61,508 bases of DNA, taken from assembly GCA_002269645.1 (NCBI GenBank), contig NIVC01001821.1, forward strand, positions 1 through 61,508, in the 5' to 3' direction. Source of the DNA: Macrostomum lignano. Its lineage: Eukaryota. Position numbers and translations under genes: made by a program. The notes under the pieces were generated by a model. That model was not told the origin of the DNA. It saw nothing but the letters and a program-made list of their open reading frames with translations, and did no database searches. Below, piece after piece: positions 1-26,098 of the stretch. Within the stretch, counting starts at the first letter, position 1. Every line of letters starts with the position of its first letter.

Positions 1-82
1 GTCAGGCGATTACTAGTCAAATATCAAATATTTTTGGAGGCTGCATAGCATATTTTTGGCTGAGTAGTCACGAATACGAGTG

Positions 83-14998
<14,916 letters not shown>

Positions 14999-16013
14999 TT
15001 TGAATTCAAAATCTCCTTCGATTAGCGCTCAATTTAATCGCAATCTCAGCTAAAGCAAGGTGAAAATATGCCGAAGCAGTCTCTGGTCTATAAAGATAGT
15101 TTGAAAGAATGTTGATTGAATGTTCTTGCTTTTTAAGAGCTGCGAGTTCTTTTATAACACTGGGCGGGCCCTCCTCGGTCTTGTCGAAACTGGACGAGAA
15201 TGAAGGACAAGTGGAGAGCGAATTGGTCACAGAATCGTTGGCTGGATTAATACGAGCCAGCAGGCAGTGACATTAGAGACACCCACACACACAGGACCCC
15301 TAGTGCGCTCCACTTCTCTCCCTCTCTCTCTCTCAGCAACAGTAGCATCTCATTGTGTCGGACTGGCTATAAGTTAGCAATGCTGGACTTGCTCTGTTTA
15401 AAAAATTGTGGCCTTGCGTTTTACAGATTCGGTTTTTTTAAGGCCAGACTGAGAGCAGATGGCAACTCCACCCTGTCTTTCGGGTAGTTTTCCAAACGAC
15501 TATATTCAGTTCTACGAAGAGAGAGAGAGAGACTCATGTTTTGATGGCGAGCACTTCCTACCGGTTTCGGCAGAATTGCACCAATTGCACACTCGCTATA
15601 CTAGGGAAGCAAGCTGAATGATGTCGCTGGCGCAATTTCATAATGCCGATTCTATAAAGAAAGCTTTTAAATAATGAGACCTCAAAAAATTATTTTTTTA
15701 AATTTCTTTTCGGTAGTTCAAAGATGCTTTTTACTCGTAGGTAGATTGAGCTTGCATGTTCTCAGAAAAAATGGCAACCATTTTCGGAAATGACCGAGTC
15801 TGTTTCAGTGTAAAGTTGTAAACGTAAAATAAAATAATTTCTTTGACTAGGAAGAGAATGCGCGTTCGGCATTTCTAATATTTTATTAGAACTTCACTTT
15901 AAGCAGCACTCGCAACTGATTGCTTAGTGCATGCCAGCCAGCCAGCTGACTATGAAAATCAATTGGAATTTTTTAAAACAAAATCTCAAATGAAAATATT
16001 CTCGCGCAAACAA

Positions 16014-17808
16014 TCAGTAGTCTTCGTCATCGTCGTAGTATGCCGCCAAATCGTCATCGAAGTTGGACACGGCAAACGCGTCTTGCTCGGCTCGATCGTG
16101 AACCCCGCTTCGTCCGCCAGCTGGAAATCCTTTAGCTACGTAGTCTTCAACACGGGTTGGCACTGTTACACCGTCCGCCACTGCCTCTTGCTTGGTGACT
16201 TCGACTTGGCTTCTGAAATTTTGCGACCGCGGAGTAACGGGAGAGTGACATCACACTGAGAATCAGATCGGGTGGAGTGGCATCACAGTGACAATCTGAG
16301 TGGAAGTAAATGACATCACACTGACAATCAGATCGGGTGGAGTGGCATCACAGTGACAATCTGAGTGGAAGTAAATGACATCACACTGACAATCAGATCG
16401 GGTGGAGTGGCATCACAGTAAAAATCTAGAGAAACAGAGGCTGGCATCTTAATGAACAATCTAAGATACTTGATGATGAAGTCACCTGACAATGTCAAAG
16501 TACTCCGTATTGGCGCCATCCTTCCACTTGCGATACATGACAGACGCGTCCACATTGGCTGGCGAGCTGGTATTGGGTTCATTGAGCAGCGAAATTACGC
16601 TGAGCAGTACAGTGCGAACATTCTGAGTAGGATTCCATCGTTCGGACGGCAATTCGCCACTAACTGGGTCCTCGCCTGGTGGGTGCAAAATTGATATGCA
16701 CACCTTGCCGTCCTAGGTTTGAAAAAAGGATTTAAGTAATTGAACACCGAAGACCTTGAAAGTTTATTAATGGAAGCTGCAGACCATTACCTCATAGATG
16801 TTTGGATGCCACATTTTCGTAACGAATTTCATTGATGGAGGAGAGTATGGATAATCATTTGGAAACTTCAAGTCAGCCTAAAATTTTGCATTGTTGGTGT
16901 GTGTATGTTATTGAAAGTTTTTCATGTTATTTAAATGCTTATGCAGATTCTGCAATGCTAAAAAAGTAATATACAACAAAAGTTTCATACTTGCTTTTTA
17001 AGAATAATTTAAAGAAATTGAACCTATTCATTATTCTAAATTTTAAAGAAAATATTGTAAAAACAAATTTTCTATCTATGGTATTAACTTTTGTTTGTGT
17101 ATATTTTATCGAAAAACAAAAAAGGCAATTGATTCGTTTGTGTTTCTATATTTGAACAGATTACTAATCCTGCTCTGTTTGCATGGCAGCTAATAATTAA
17201 TAAATATTTAATATAAAATCTTTAGTTACTGATCAGAAGTTTTTTTGTGAACTTTTTTAAACAAAAAACGATTCGTCTAGATTATTTTTAGATGCATAAA
17301 ATAAAAAAGCAAGAATATCTGCTTTACTGAGTAAATACTTTTTGGCAGAATCGGCAACCGAATATGTATACATACACGATCACTTTCTCAGATAAAAGTC
17401 ACATAAAATGAAATACATAGAAAATAAATCCAATAATTTTTGCTCCAGGTAAAAATCTGAGCAAGTTTTGATTTAAGAAAGCATTTATAAGGAATTAGCA
17501 GATCCACGACTAAAACTATGGACTTAAGGATATTAAATATTTCGAGCCATTTTTGTTTCCTTATTGTAGTCTAACTTTTAGTTAAAGGATGAGCTAGTGA
17601 AGCAGAAATGATTCAAAAAGAAAAATCTCACCTTTAGGTAGCCACCTTCGTATAGAGTGCCTGGAGGACCAAAGATTACAACATTCCAATCATAAATGTT
17701 ATCGTCATTTTTTAGGTGTACTAAAAATCCTTCCACAGGGGAATCGTTAAGACTCTTAAATTCTTGCTGGAGCACTTTTATTGAAGTGCTCTTTGATAGG
17801 AGAGCCAT
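16014..17808 (-). CDS. CDC34: Ubiquitin-conjugating enzyme E2 R (Cdc34 family)
   Basis: Exons 17808-17632, 16877-16791, 16712-16486, 16212-16014. Contains [18 protein letters not shown] (catalytic Cys), the acidic-loop insert [22 protein letters not shown] and an acidic tail ...YYDDDEDY*, as in UBE2R1/2. Confidence 0.95.
16245..16420. repeat. 65-bp tandem repeat (~2.7 copies) in cdc34 intron 3
   Basis: tgacatcacactgacaatcagatcgggtggagtggcatcacag... recurs with a 65-nt period. Confidence 0.9.
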
Positions 17809-17927
17809 ATTTTGCACTCTATAAGTTTGGGAAAATAGTTTCTTTAGGTAAACACGATCAATTGTCTTGTGCAAAATTTCGCACCGCAATCAACGAATTT
17901 AATTTAGTGCATTAAAGTTTTCACTGT

Positions 17928-18471
17928 TGTGACGATATCTGGTCCGAGTTCGCGTGCTGACGGGCTGCTATTAAAGTAGTGAGTAAACACACAGTTAGTG
18001 GTGACGATAACTGACGGCGCCGATAATTCGATTACGGATTATGTATATTTGCAGGTTACACATGTAGTGGTTATTGCTGATGCTAACTGGTAACGAACAA
18101 TTGCAGTGTCAATGGAATGGCTTCGAAGATGACCTTAGTGGGTCACACTACTAAATTGAGAGCGATCTTGAACTACTGTTTTTTTCAGTGTTTACTAAAA
18201 TCAATCAGTGTTTACTAAAATCAATCAGTGTTTACTAAAATCAAATGACTGGCGATAGGAACAGCAGCCGCACACCACGCTCAGTCTTCTCCGAAGCCAC
18301 AGAATTCAAAATGTTAAATATAACTATTTAATGCAGTAAAACAAAGCATTGCTTACTATTTTCAATAAACATAAAAGTGAAACCAATTGATATAAATAAA
18401 GTACATATTAAATACTTTTTAGTAGATATTAATCGACGAACTGGGAGAATAAAATAACCACCAACGTCACA
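17928..18471 (-). repeat. 3' LTR (544 bp)
   Basis: Direct repeat of 26099-26632 with TG...CA termini. Confidence 0.96.
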
Positions 18472-18485
18472 CTCGCCTCTCTCCC
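18472..18485 (-). other. Polypurine tract
   Basis: Minus strand GGGAGAGAGGCGAG abuts the 3' LTR. Confidence 0.85.
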
Positions 18486-18872
18486 AAAAAAAACAAAAAA
18501 ACGAAGCGCTTTCTACTTCAAGTAGTGATTTCGAACATTGTTTTTCAAAATGAATTTGGTACGATTGGGCCGCGTTGCAAAAATCGAATTTTTTGAACAA
18601 TTGAAGATAATTTCGCAAAGTAGAACGATGGAGTTAAATTGAACATTCCAACGAAACAGCAACAAGGATTGATTGATTTTTAAACGCATGCGCAGCTAGC
18701 ATTTGGATAGAGGAGTAAAATGTGATATTCGCGCGAACAAGGAAGCCTAATAACGAATAAGTAGTGACAACTGAATATTGATAATTATGACAAAATTTAC
18801 TGACAGCATCGACGGGACCCGTGCTGCAGACGCCTCAGACTCGAACACCGCGCCAAGAACTTGCACTGCGCG

Positions 18873-19141
18873 GCCAGCAGTTGATGAAGCGGCCGGCTGC
18901 CGCCAGCAGATGATGAAGCGGCCGGATGCCGCCAGCAGATGATGAAGCGGCCGGATGCCGCCAGCAGATGATGAAGCGGCCGACTGCCGCCAGCAGATGA
19001 TGAAGCGGCCGACTGCCGCCAGCAGTTGATGAAGCGGCCGACTGCCGCCAGCGGATGATGAAGCGGCCGACTGCCGCCAGCAGTTGATGAAGCGGCCGAC
19101 TGCCGCCAGCAGATGATGAAACGGCCGACTGCCGCCAGCAG
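18873..19141. repeat. 29-bp tandem repeat (9 copies plus a partial) in the retrotransposon 3' UTR
   Basis: gccagcagatgatgaagcggccg(g/a)(a/c)tgcc units start at 18873, 18902, ... 19134, with no spacers. Confidence 0.95.
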
Positions 19142-19377
19142 AAACCCGCACCAGACAACGGAACAACAGATAACCAGCCACACAGAGGAGCGCACAGCAC
19201 GGCACCAGGCACCACACAACACAGCCAAACATAACCACGGCAACCCACCACAACGGCCAGCAACACAGAAAAAAACAAAGAGCAACCACACCGGAAGGGC
19301 ACCGCCCCAAAGCAACAGAAGCCACCCCGGAGGAGCACATCACAGGCAGCAGACTACACCCCCCGAAAGGGCAGGGA

Positions 19378-22300
19378 CTACCCCGACCCAGTGCTTCCCT
19401 TCCTGGAGCACCGATCGATAAAAGCCGCCAAGAACCTTGCCGGCCTGCGCACAACTCGACCAGACCTGGTGGTGATAGGCTGCCTCGCAGCAACGGATTG
19501 AGACGTCGAGAACTGACGCTCTCAGTAACTGTAGTGGCAGGAGAATTGTCTGATTGTGGCTCCAGCTTGAGGTCACCAAGTTCCTCGCTTGGCAACTGAT
19601 CTGACTCTGGCCGCGAGTGGCTCGAATCGGTCCTCGAGACCTGCTGCTTGACCTCCTCAGTGTCTCGACTTTCACCACCGACTGTCACCGCTACCGACCC
19701 TGAAACCCTACTAGCGGTCGTTCCAGACGTGGCCCCTTGAGCACTGTGGGCAGGAGGCTCTTCCGATGCCGGGTTCCGCCTGCTACTAGCAGGAATCGAA
19801 CTTCCCTCCTCCGACTCCTCCCAGTCTCGATCTAGAGAACGCCTCTGAACGCAGACTGTGGAGACGGACCTGTCAGTCGAGGGCTGCTGAGCCGGATTTG
19901 AAGATCGAGTCTCTCCCGGTGCGGATGCCTGTCCGAATTTGTCGATCAAATCGATGTACGCGGGCTTTCTCACACACCTTTTTAGCCTGTCGATGTTGTA
20001 AACATTGTGCCTTGGGTTCGGCATCCCGGTGTCTGACTCTGGGACAAGTCGGTAGTTTCTGTCAGAGATCTTTTCAATGATCTTGTACGGCCCCAACCAC
20101 ACCGCCGTGTCCAGACCCTTGTGGTCCGGGTTCAAGACCCATACAAGCTCACCTTCCTTGAATACCGAATGGTGGGTGCCCCGATCGTAGTAGCGCTTCT
20201 GGCGCTGTTGGGCTTTACCGCGAATCTGTCTGGCCAAGGTCGAGACGGACACAAGCTCGTGATATAGTTTATGGGCGAACCTGTTAGGCTGAAACTGGTC
20301 CTGCGCTGGAGACCCATATATTAGGTCTAGAGGGAATACGAGCTCGCGCCCTAGGAATAGGCGCGCTGGCGTAAAGCCGGTGGACTCAGCTTCCGACGCT
20401 CTGACTGACATGCCAACGAGGCGGGCCGCCAGTGGCCAATTGCACTCCCTGTCCTGACACACGGCGCGGATCTGGCTCTTTATTGTCTGAATCGCCCTTT
20501 CAACCTTGCCGTTGGCTTGGGGACGGCGAGCTACGATCCGAACTTTTCCGATTTCAAGGAGGCTAGTCAGCTCCTCCAATACATGATTGATGAAAGCTGT
20601 GCCATTGTCGGACACAATTGCTTCCATCGCCCCGTACCTGACGACCCATTCGGTCAAGATTGTTTGAGCGGTGGTTTCGGCAGTTGTATCTGGTACCGGA
20701 ATTATTTCGACCCAGCTGGTAAAGCGGTCAATAAGAACCAGCAGGTACCTGTTGCCATCTTGTTCTGAGAATGGGCCTGCATGGTCCACGTGCACCACTT
20801 GGCCTGGATAGCCAGCAAGGGTGGGCTGCATCGGTTCCTTATTTTTCTTCTTGTTTTTCTTAGTTCGAGCACAAGTCTCACATTCAGAGATTATTCCTGT
20901 GACATGGGTTGTTAACGCAGTGATTTTGAAACGGTTCTTTAGTGCTTTCGTGGTTTTTGTTACCCCACTGTGATTCAGAGCTTGGTGATAATTCAAGACG
21001 ACTTCATCGACGTTCGCCGTCTCGGGAACGACTAAGACAGAGCGAGAAGGCCTACCCTTTTTGGACGGTTTCTGGAGGTATAACAGGCCCTCATTTAGAG
21101 TGAGTCTCTCAAAATTTGAATACAATATTCGGACCTCACGACTGCACGACTGAAGCTCTTCGCTACTTGGCTTTCGCTCATTCTTCACAGCTTCTACTAG
21201 CCTCATGATGTCAATTGAGGACTCCTGAGCTTGCCTAGCCCAGTTTTCTTCTTGCTGATCTGACCACTCTTCATCAGACTCGGAGTTGCTTCCAGCCTCT
21301 GATCTAATATGGTGCCCCACTGCTCGGATTGCCGGCGTTTCAGCAGCGTTGGCAGTTCAGTTTCCGTTTGCTTTTGATCAGTATTCCCAGAGAGCGCTTC
21401 CAGCTGCTGTGGGGTCTGAGCCTCAGCCTCCTTGTGGTCGGGCGTCAAATCGCAGTTCTCATTGCTCTCCGTCTGGATAGCAACAGTGCGTGTCTGAATC
21501 TTTTTCCCTCTGGCCGCCCGTACGACTACAGACGCACTTTTGGCGTTTCCAATGAATTTTTCCTTAAACTCCGGTATGTGGCTGCATGTTGGGCAGTCGT
21601 AATGATCCGCCCGGAACTTTGGGTTCCGGCTTAGAAAATCGGCATTTGAATGTTCTTGTCCAGCCCTGTGTTTGACCTCAAAGTCGTATTCCCCAGGCGC
21701 TCAAGAGGTGTTTGATCGATTTTGAAATCATAGGCTTCGATCGTGGCCAACCATTGGGCCAGCATGCCTGTGGCATGTCTCTTGGCGTGCAACCACTTCA
21801 ACGCTGCCGCGTCAGTGCGCACGATGAAGGGATGATCAAGCAAATAGACTCTGAAGTTCTCGAGCATGATCACCACGCCCAAGAGCTCTCTCATCGTGGC
21901 ACAATAATTTCGCTGCGCGGCGGTAAATTTTTTTGAAGCGTAGCTGATCACATTTTCCTGACCATCAGCACCTTGTTGCGACAAGACAGCGCCAACCCCC
22001 TCGAGGGAGCTGTCGCAGTCCAAGATAAATGACCCGGCATTCGGTGAAAAGTCCGGGTAGGCTAGGACCGGAGGTGAGCAGAGGCTTGACTTCAGCTCAG
22101 TGAATGCTTTTTGGTGCTTTTCTTGCCAGGCAAACTTCTCCGCCCCCCTTGCCAGGCTGTACAGCGGTGCGGCTATCACTGAGAACCTGGGAACAAATTT
22201 TCTGTAATAATTACAGAAGCCTAAGAACGACAAGAGCTGCTTCTGATTACTCGGAGTTGGCCAATCGCGAACGGCATCGGTTTTCTCTGGGTCAGCTTCT

Positions 22301-25300
22301 ATGCCTTGTCCGGATACCACGAACCCGAGGAACCGCACTTTGTCCTTAAACAGTTCACACTTACTAGGTTTGATTTTTAAATTTGCTTTTTGCAACCTCC
22401 ACAGCACTAGCGCTAAATTAACAATCATCTGATCATTATCCCTTGCTTTCACAATGACGTCATCCAAGTAAATCAAGCTGACCTTAAGCAGCAGGGGTTG
22501 GAAGACCCGGTGCATCAACCGCGCAAAAGTTGCCGGGGCGGTCTTGATGCCGAACGGGACGACCTTCCACCTGAAGGTGCCTTGTGGGCAAGAAAAAGCA
22601 GTGAGGTCCCTGTCTTGCTCACGGATCCCGACTTGCCAGTAGGCGGATGTTAGGTCAAGACTGGAAAAGACCTGTGCCCCCGACAAGCTGTCAAACGACT
22701 CGTCAACCAGTGGTAGCGGGAAGCTACAAGGTTTGATCACTTTATTGGTCTGTCGATAATCAACGCAAAGCCTTTGACTCCCATCTTTTTTCCGCACCAA
22801 CACGATTGGGGACGACCACTCGGAGTCACATTCTTCTATTACGCCACAATCCAGCAACTTGGAGATGTGCTTGTCCAGGAACTCCTTCTGTGCCGGTGTG
22901 GTCCTCCGAGAGGGCTGAAATACCGGTCGACAGGTCTGGTCTTTTAGCTCAATTGACATCTCTGTCAGCGACGTCTTTCCTAGATCGGTGTCGGACTTTG
23001 AAATTTGATTATGGAAGAAATTTAGCAACTTTATAGTTGTTGTCAGTTGTTGGGTTGTCAGATTTGATTTTCCCAGGCGAAACTCCCCTTTGAGCCACTC
23101 TGCAGTAGCTTTATCCGGGTAAGGCAATTTTTCTAACTGTTTTCCCAACCTTTCAGCGTTATTGATCGAAAAATCACGCTCATGTAGCCGAGTGTGAGTG
23201 ACAACCTCATCAGCGCCTACATCCTGAAAAGAGGCCACTTCTTGCCCCCTTTTTATTGATATTGTCTGATCTTCACTGTTAAGCAAACGGACCAGGACAT
23301 GGCGGCCTGTACTAACACTGTCTAGGGACCTGGCCACCAGACATTCCCCATCTCCACGGAAAAGGCGCGGTCCAAGGACTCCTTGAGCCCCTGGGACCGC
23401 TTCAGCGACACGACTTGGGACAATAGCTTCCGATCGGGGGCCATTTCTAGGTCACACGCTGATGTCACCCGCCTGACGCGGTAGAGACTACTGTCACCCT
23501 CAATGATCGGAATGGCCTCTCCATCCACTGTAGCTTTACCATCGGCAATTAAGAGGTTGACCCTGAAGCTCTTGAGAAAGTCGAGACCGAGCAAGACATC
23601 AGACAGTCTTGTTTCCATGACTAAAAAGACTTGTGTCCTGGTCAGCTTTCCCAATGAAACCTCGCAACGCAAAGTGCCTAAGATTTCAGTTGACGTACCA
23701 TTGAAAGCGGTAGCTGCGCGTCGCTGTATGGACGGCTTGAAGACGTTGTTAATGGGATCAGCCTCGACTAGCTGATCCTTTACTCGGACTCCCATGACAC
23801 TAGCGTTGGCACCAGAGTCTAGGCAGGCAATGATTCGACTCTCACCGACATCCAGTTGCACGAAATAACTCGAATCGGTCTGGAACTCCGTGTCTTGCGC
23901 AGCGGACTGCTCACAATTCGGGGGCGAAGCCAACTCGCAGACGTCTAAGGCCCGATCACTAGGTTTTGCACTGTCGGCCACCCGACGAAACCTGACCCGG
24001 AGACCAACAATTTGATGGGGTGCCGCTCTGCCCCGAAGCTCTTGATCAAGCTGCGAGACATGCACAAAAAGATTGTCTCCCATCAGCGCTGACCGAATGA
24101 ACCCATGTGACTGAAACCACTGGGTGATGACCCCGGTCTCCACTAGTTCAGCTCTTTGCTTCCCTGGCTCTCTTCCAGAGCGACCCCTGTGATTTAGCGG
24201 TGGTGGATGAGGGCAATCTGCGACCAGATGATCTGTTAACCCGCATCGATAGCATGCTCTAGGCGGTCGGCTGCTAAACTGAGCTCCCTTGCCATATGCC
24301 AATTGATGGGGCGGCGCTGATTGTGCAACTCGAGTCTGCTTTGGATTGCCTACCCCGCTAACCACTGGCACTTCATTTTGAAACGCCCTGACTGATGTTT
24401 GGTTAGACTGCTCCACCAGTAGTTTTTCCAGTTCTTTAACCCTTGCTTCAAGCTCCGCAGTCTTGTCTGGACCCACAGAACGGACTTTAGCCAGCGCCGA
24501 CTGCCCAGGGTTCAAGAGCTGTCGGACACCTGTAATCTCCCTGGCCTTCTTGGCCAGGTCAACAGAGGATAGCGAAGGATCTTCCCGACTGGCCAGCAGC
24601 AGCTTTTCGGCCAAGCTTCTATCTAGCAGCCCATGGCAGAACCGGGCCCGGACCAGTGGCTCAGACTCTTTGAGAGACAAGTTAGCAGCATGTGAAAGTC
24701 TTATTAGTCGATCAAAGTATTCTTGGACATCTTCAGCATCATGTTGCTGAGCACTTGCTAGTTCCAGATAACTTTTGTCCTTCTCCGAAACATCCGTGTA
24801 GCGCAGGTCCAATGCTTTTAGTGCGACCTCAGCATCTTGCTTATGCAACTGGTTGTGAAAGCAATACTCCTGGCATTCAGGCGATAAAAGGGACAGCAAA
24901 ATGGCTGACTGCTGCTCCTTGGGAATTTTGTGCGCCTCCACGTAAGTGCGAAATTGCGTTTGCCACAAGTCGAATCTCATTTTCGGCATGTAGGGTTGTG
25001 GGGGTCGGAGGCGGACATTACCACTGCCCTCAGACGCTCTTGGTGAGGTCGATGGTGCCGTTGGATTTGATGCACGATTTAAGCTATTGGCCAATACCTG
25101 GGAGAAGCTTTCTAAGAAATTCTGCATAGTAGCGGGGAGCAACGCTGCTTCAGCCGAACCAACAGCAGCTGATGCTCCATTTTCAGATTCATGAGCATTA
25201 GCTCCACCAGCAGCTGATGCTCCATTTTCAGATTCTTGAGCATTTGCTCCACCAGCATCATTATTAACAGAGCCACCTTCTTCAAGACCAGCCACATTGG

Positions 25301-25328
25301 CTACCACTCCATCCTCGTTATTAGACAT
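19378..25328 (-). CDS. Gag-Pol polyprotein (~1,984 aa once four single-base deletions are repaired)
   Basis: CCHC knuckle CYRCGLTDHLVADC; CSD-like segment; protease LDSGA; RT LIYLDDVIV; RNase H FILDCDSS...VRTDAAAL; integrase HHCC, VDHAGP/SDNG/VERA and GPY; C-terminal TTRSGRVVRRPARF then TAG at 19380-19378. Frameshifts at ~23438, ~21692, ~21358 and ~19522. Confidence 0.9.
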
Positions 25329-26075
25329 TCCAGAGCCTAATCACCTCGCCAAGCCGAGTTTTTTGCACCAGCAATGATCGGGACGACCAACCGAACAGGT
25401 GCAAGCAGGAAAAGAAGCAAAGGGGAAAGCAACCCAGACAGCAGTTGGCGGGATCTAATCTAACCCTGACACAGACACAAACGCTATCTAAACCCGTCAA
25501 CCTGGGACTACCTCCTATTTTTAAACAGGCAAACAGACTCACCACACGCACACAGATTGGCTGACCGCTGGTGTGTAGTCGCAGTTGTCCGGCCAGTTAG
25601 ACGTAACCAGCAGTTCGTTCCAAGCTGTTGCTAACACGCAGAAGCAGCTCTGTTGACGCGCCAAGGGTCAATTGGGACTGGTGTAGGCCGAGGCTGGCAG
25701 CTGTGGCCAATTACTGTTGAGCTAGGCAGAGTGCAGGCCGCGTAGATTAATTGTCCTTGGGGTGGGTTGGCTGCGCTTGCACTGGATCCACTCGCGTTAA
25801 AGGACAGTGTAGGCTGACTAAGATTGCACTGATTCCGTTGGGCACAATTATTTGCGGCGCTCGGAGTAGCCAATTAGCCACAGAATGCGATAAGCAATGT
25901 ACAGCTTGGTTGGGCTTGTGTTGCAATTGTACACGCTGGCTGGCTGGGCTAGGGTTATGACTCACGATAAGAATTTTATGACAATTCCAATATTCACTTC
26001 TTGGCTGCCGCCTGGATAGCCCGGGCTTGTTGTTGACTTGTTTGGTGTTCAAACCGAACGGTAAGTAGCAGCCCG

Positions 26076-26092
26076 TCTCGGTGGGACCTCCA
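26076..26092 (-). other. Primer-binding site complementary to the tRNA-Gln 3' end
   Basis: Minus strand TGGAGGTCCCACCGAGA is the complement of ...TCTCGGTGGGACCTCCA, the 3' end of eukaryotic tRNA-Gln; it lies 6 nt from the 5' LTR. Confidence 0.85.
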
Positions 26093-26098
26093 AAATTA

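Noticed and set aside
15006-15230. 74-aa ORF upstream of the mucin
   Set aside because: No ATG, no recognisable motif; the mucin start at 14998 already yields a good signal peptide.
18873-19141. CRISPR-like 29-bp repeats
   Set aside because: The units are contiguous with no unique spacers, there are no cas genes, and the context is eukaryotic; it is a tandem repeat in an LTR element's UTR.
18747-19377. Hydrophobic Cys/Trp-rich extension of the integrase ORF as an env-like TM protein
   Set aside because: It arises only after a frameshift at ~19522. The correct frame gives the usual TTRSGRVVRRPARF tail and stops at 19378, so the extension is UTR read-through.
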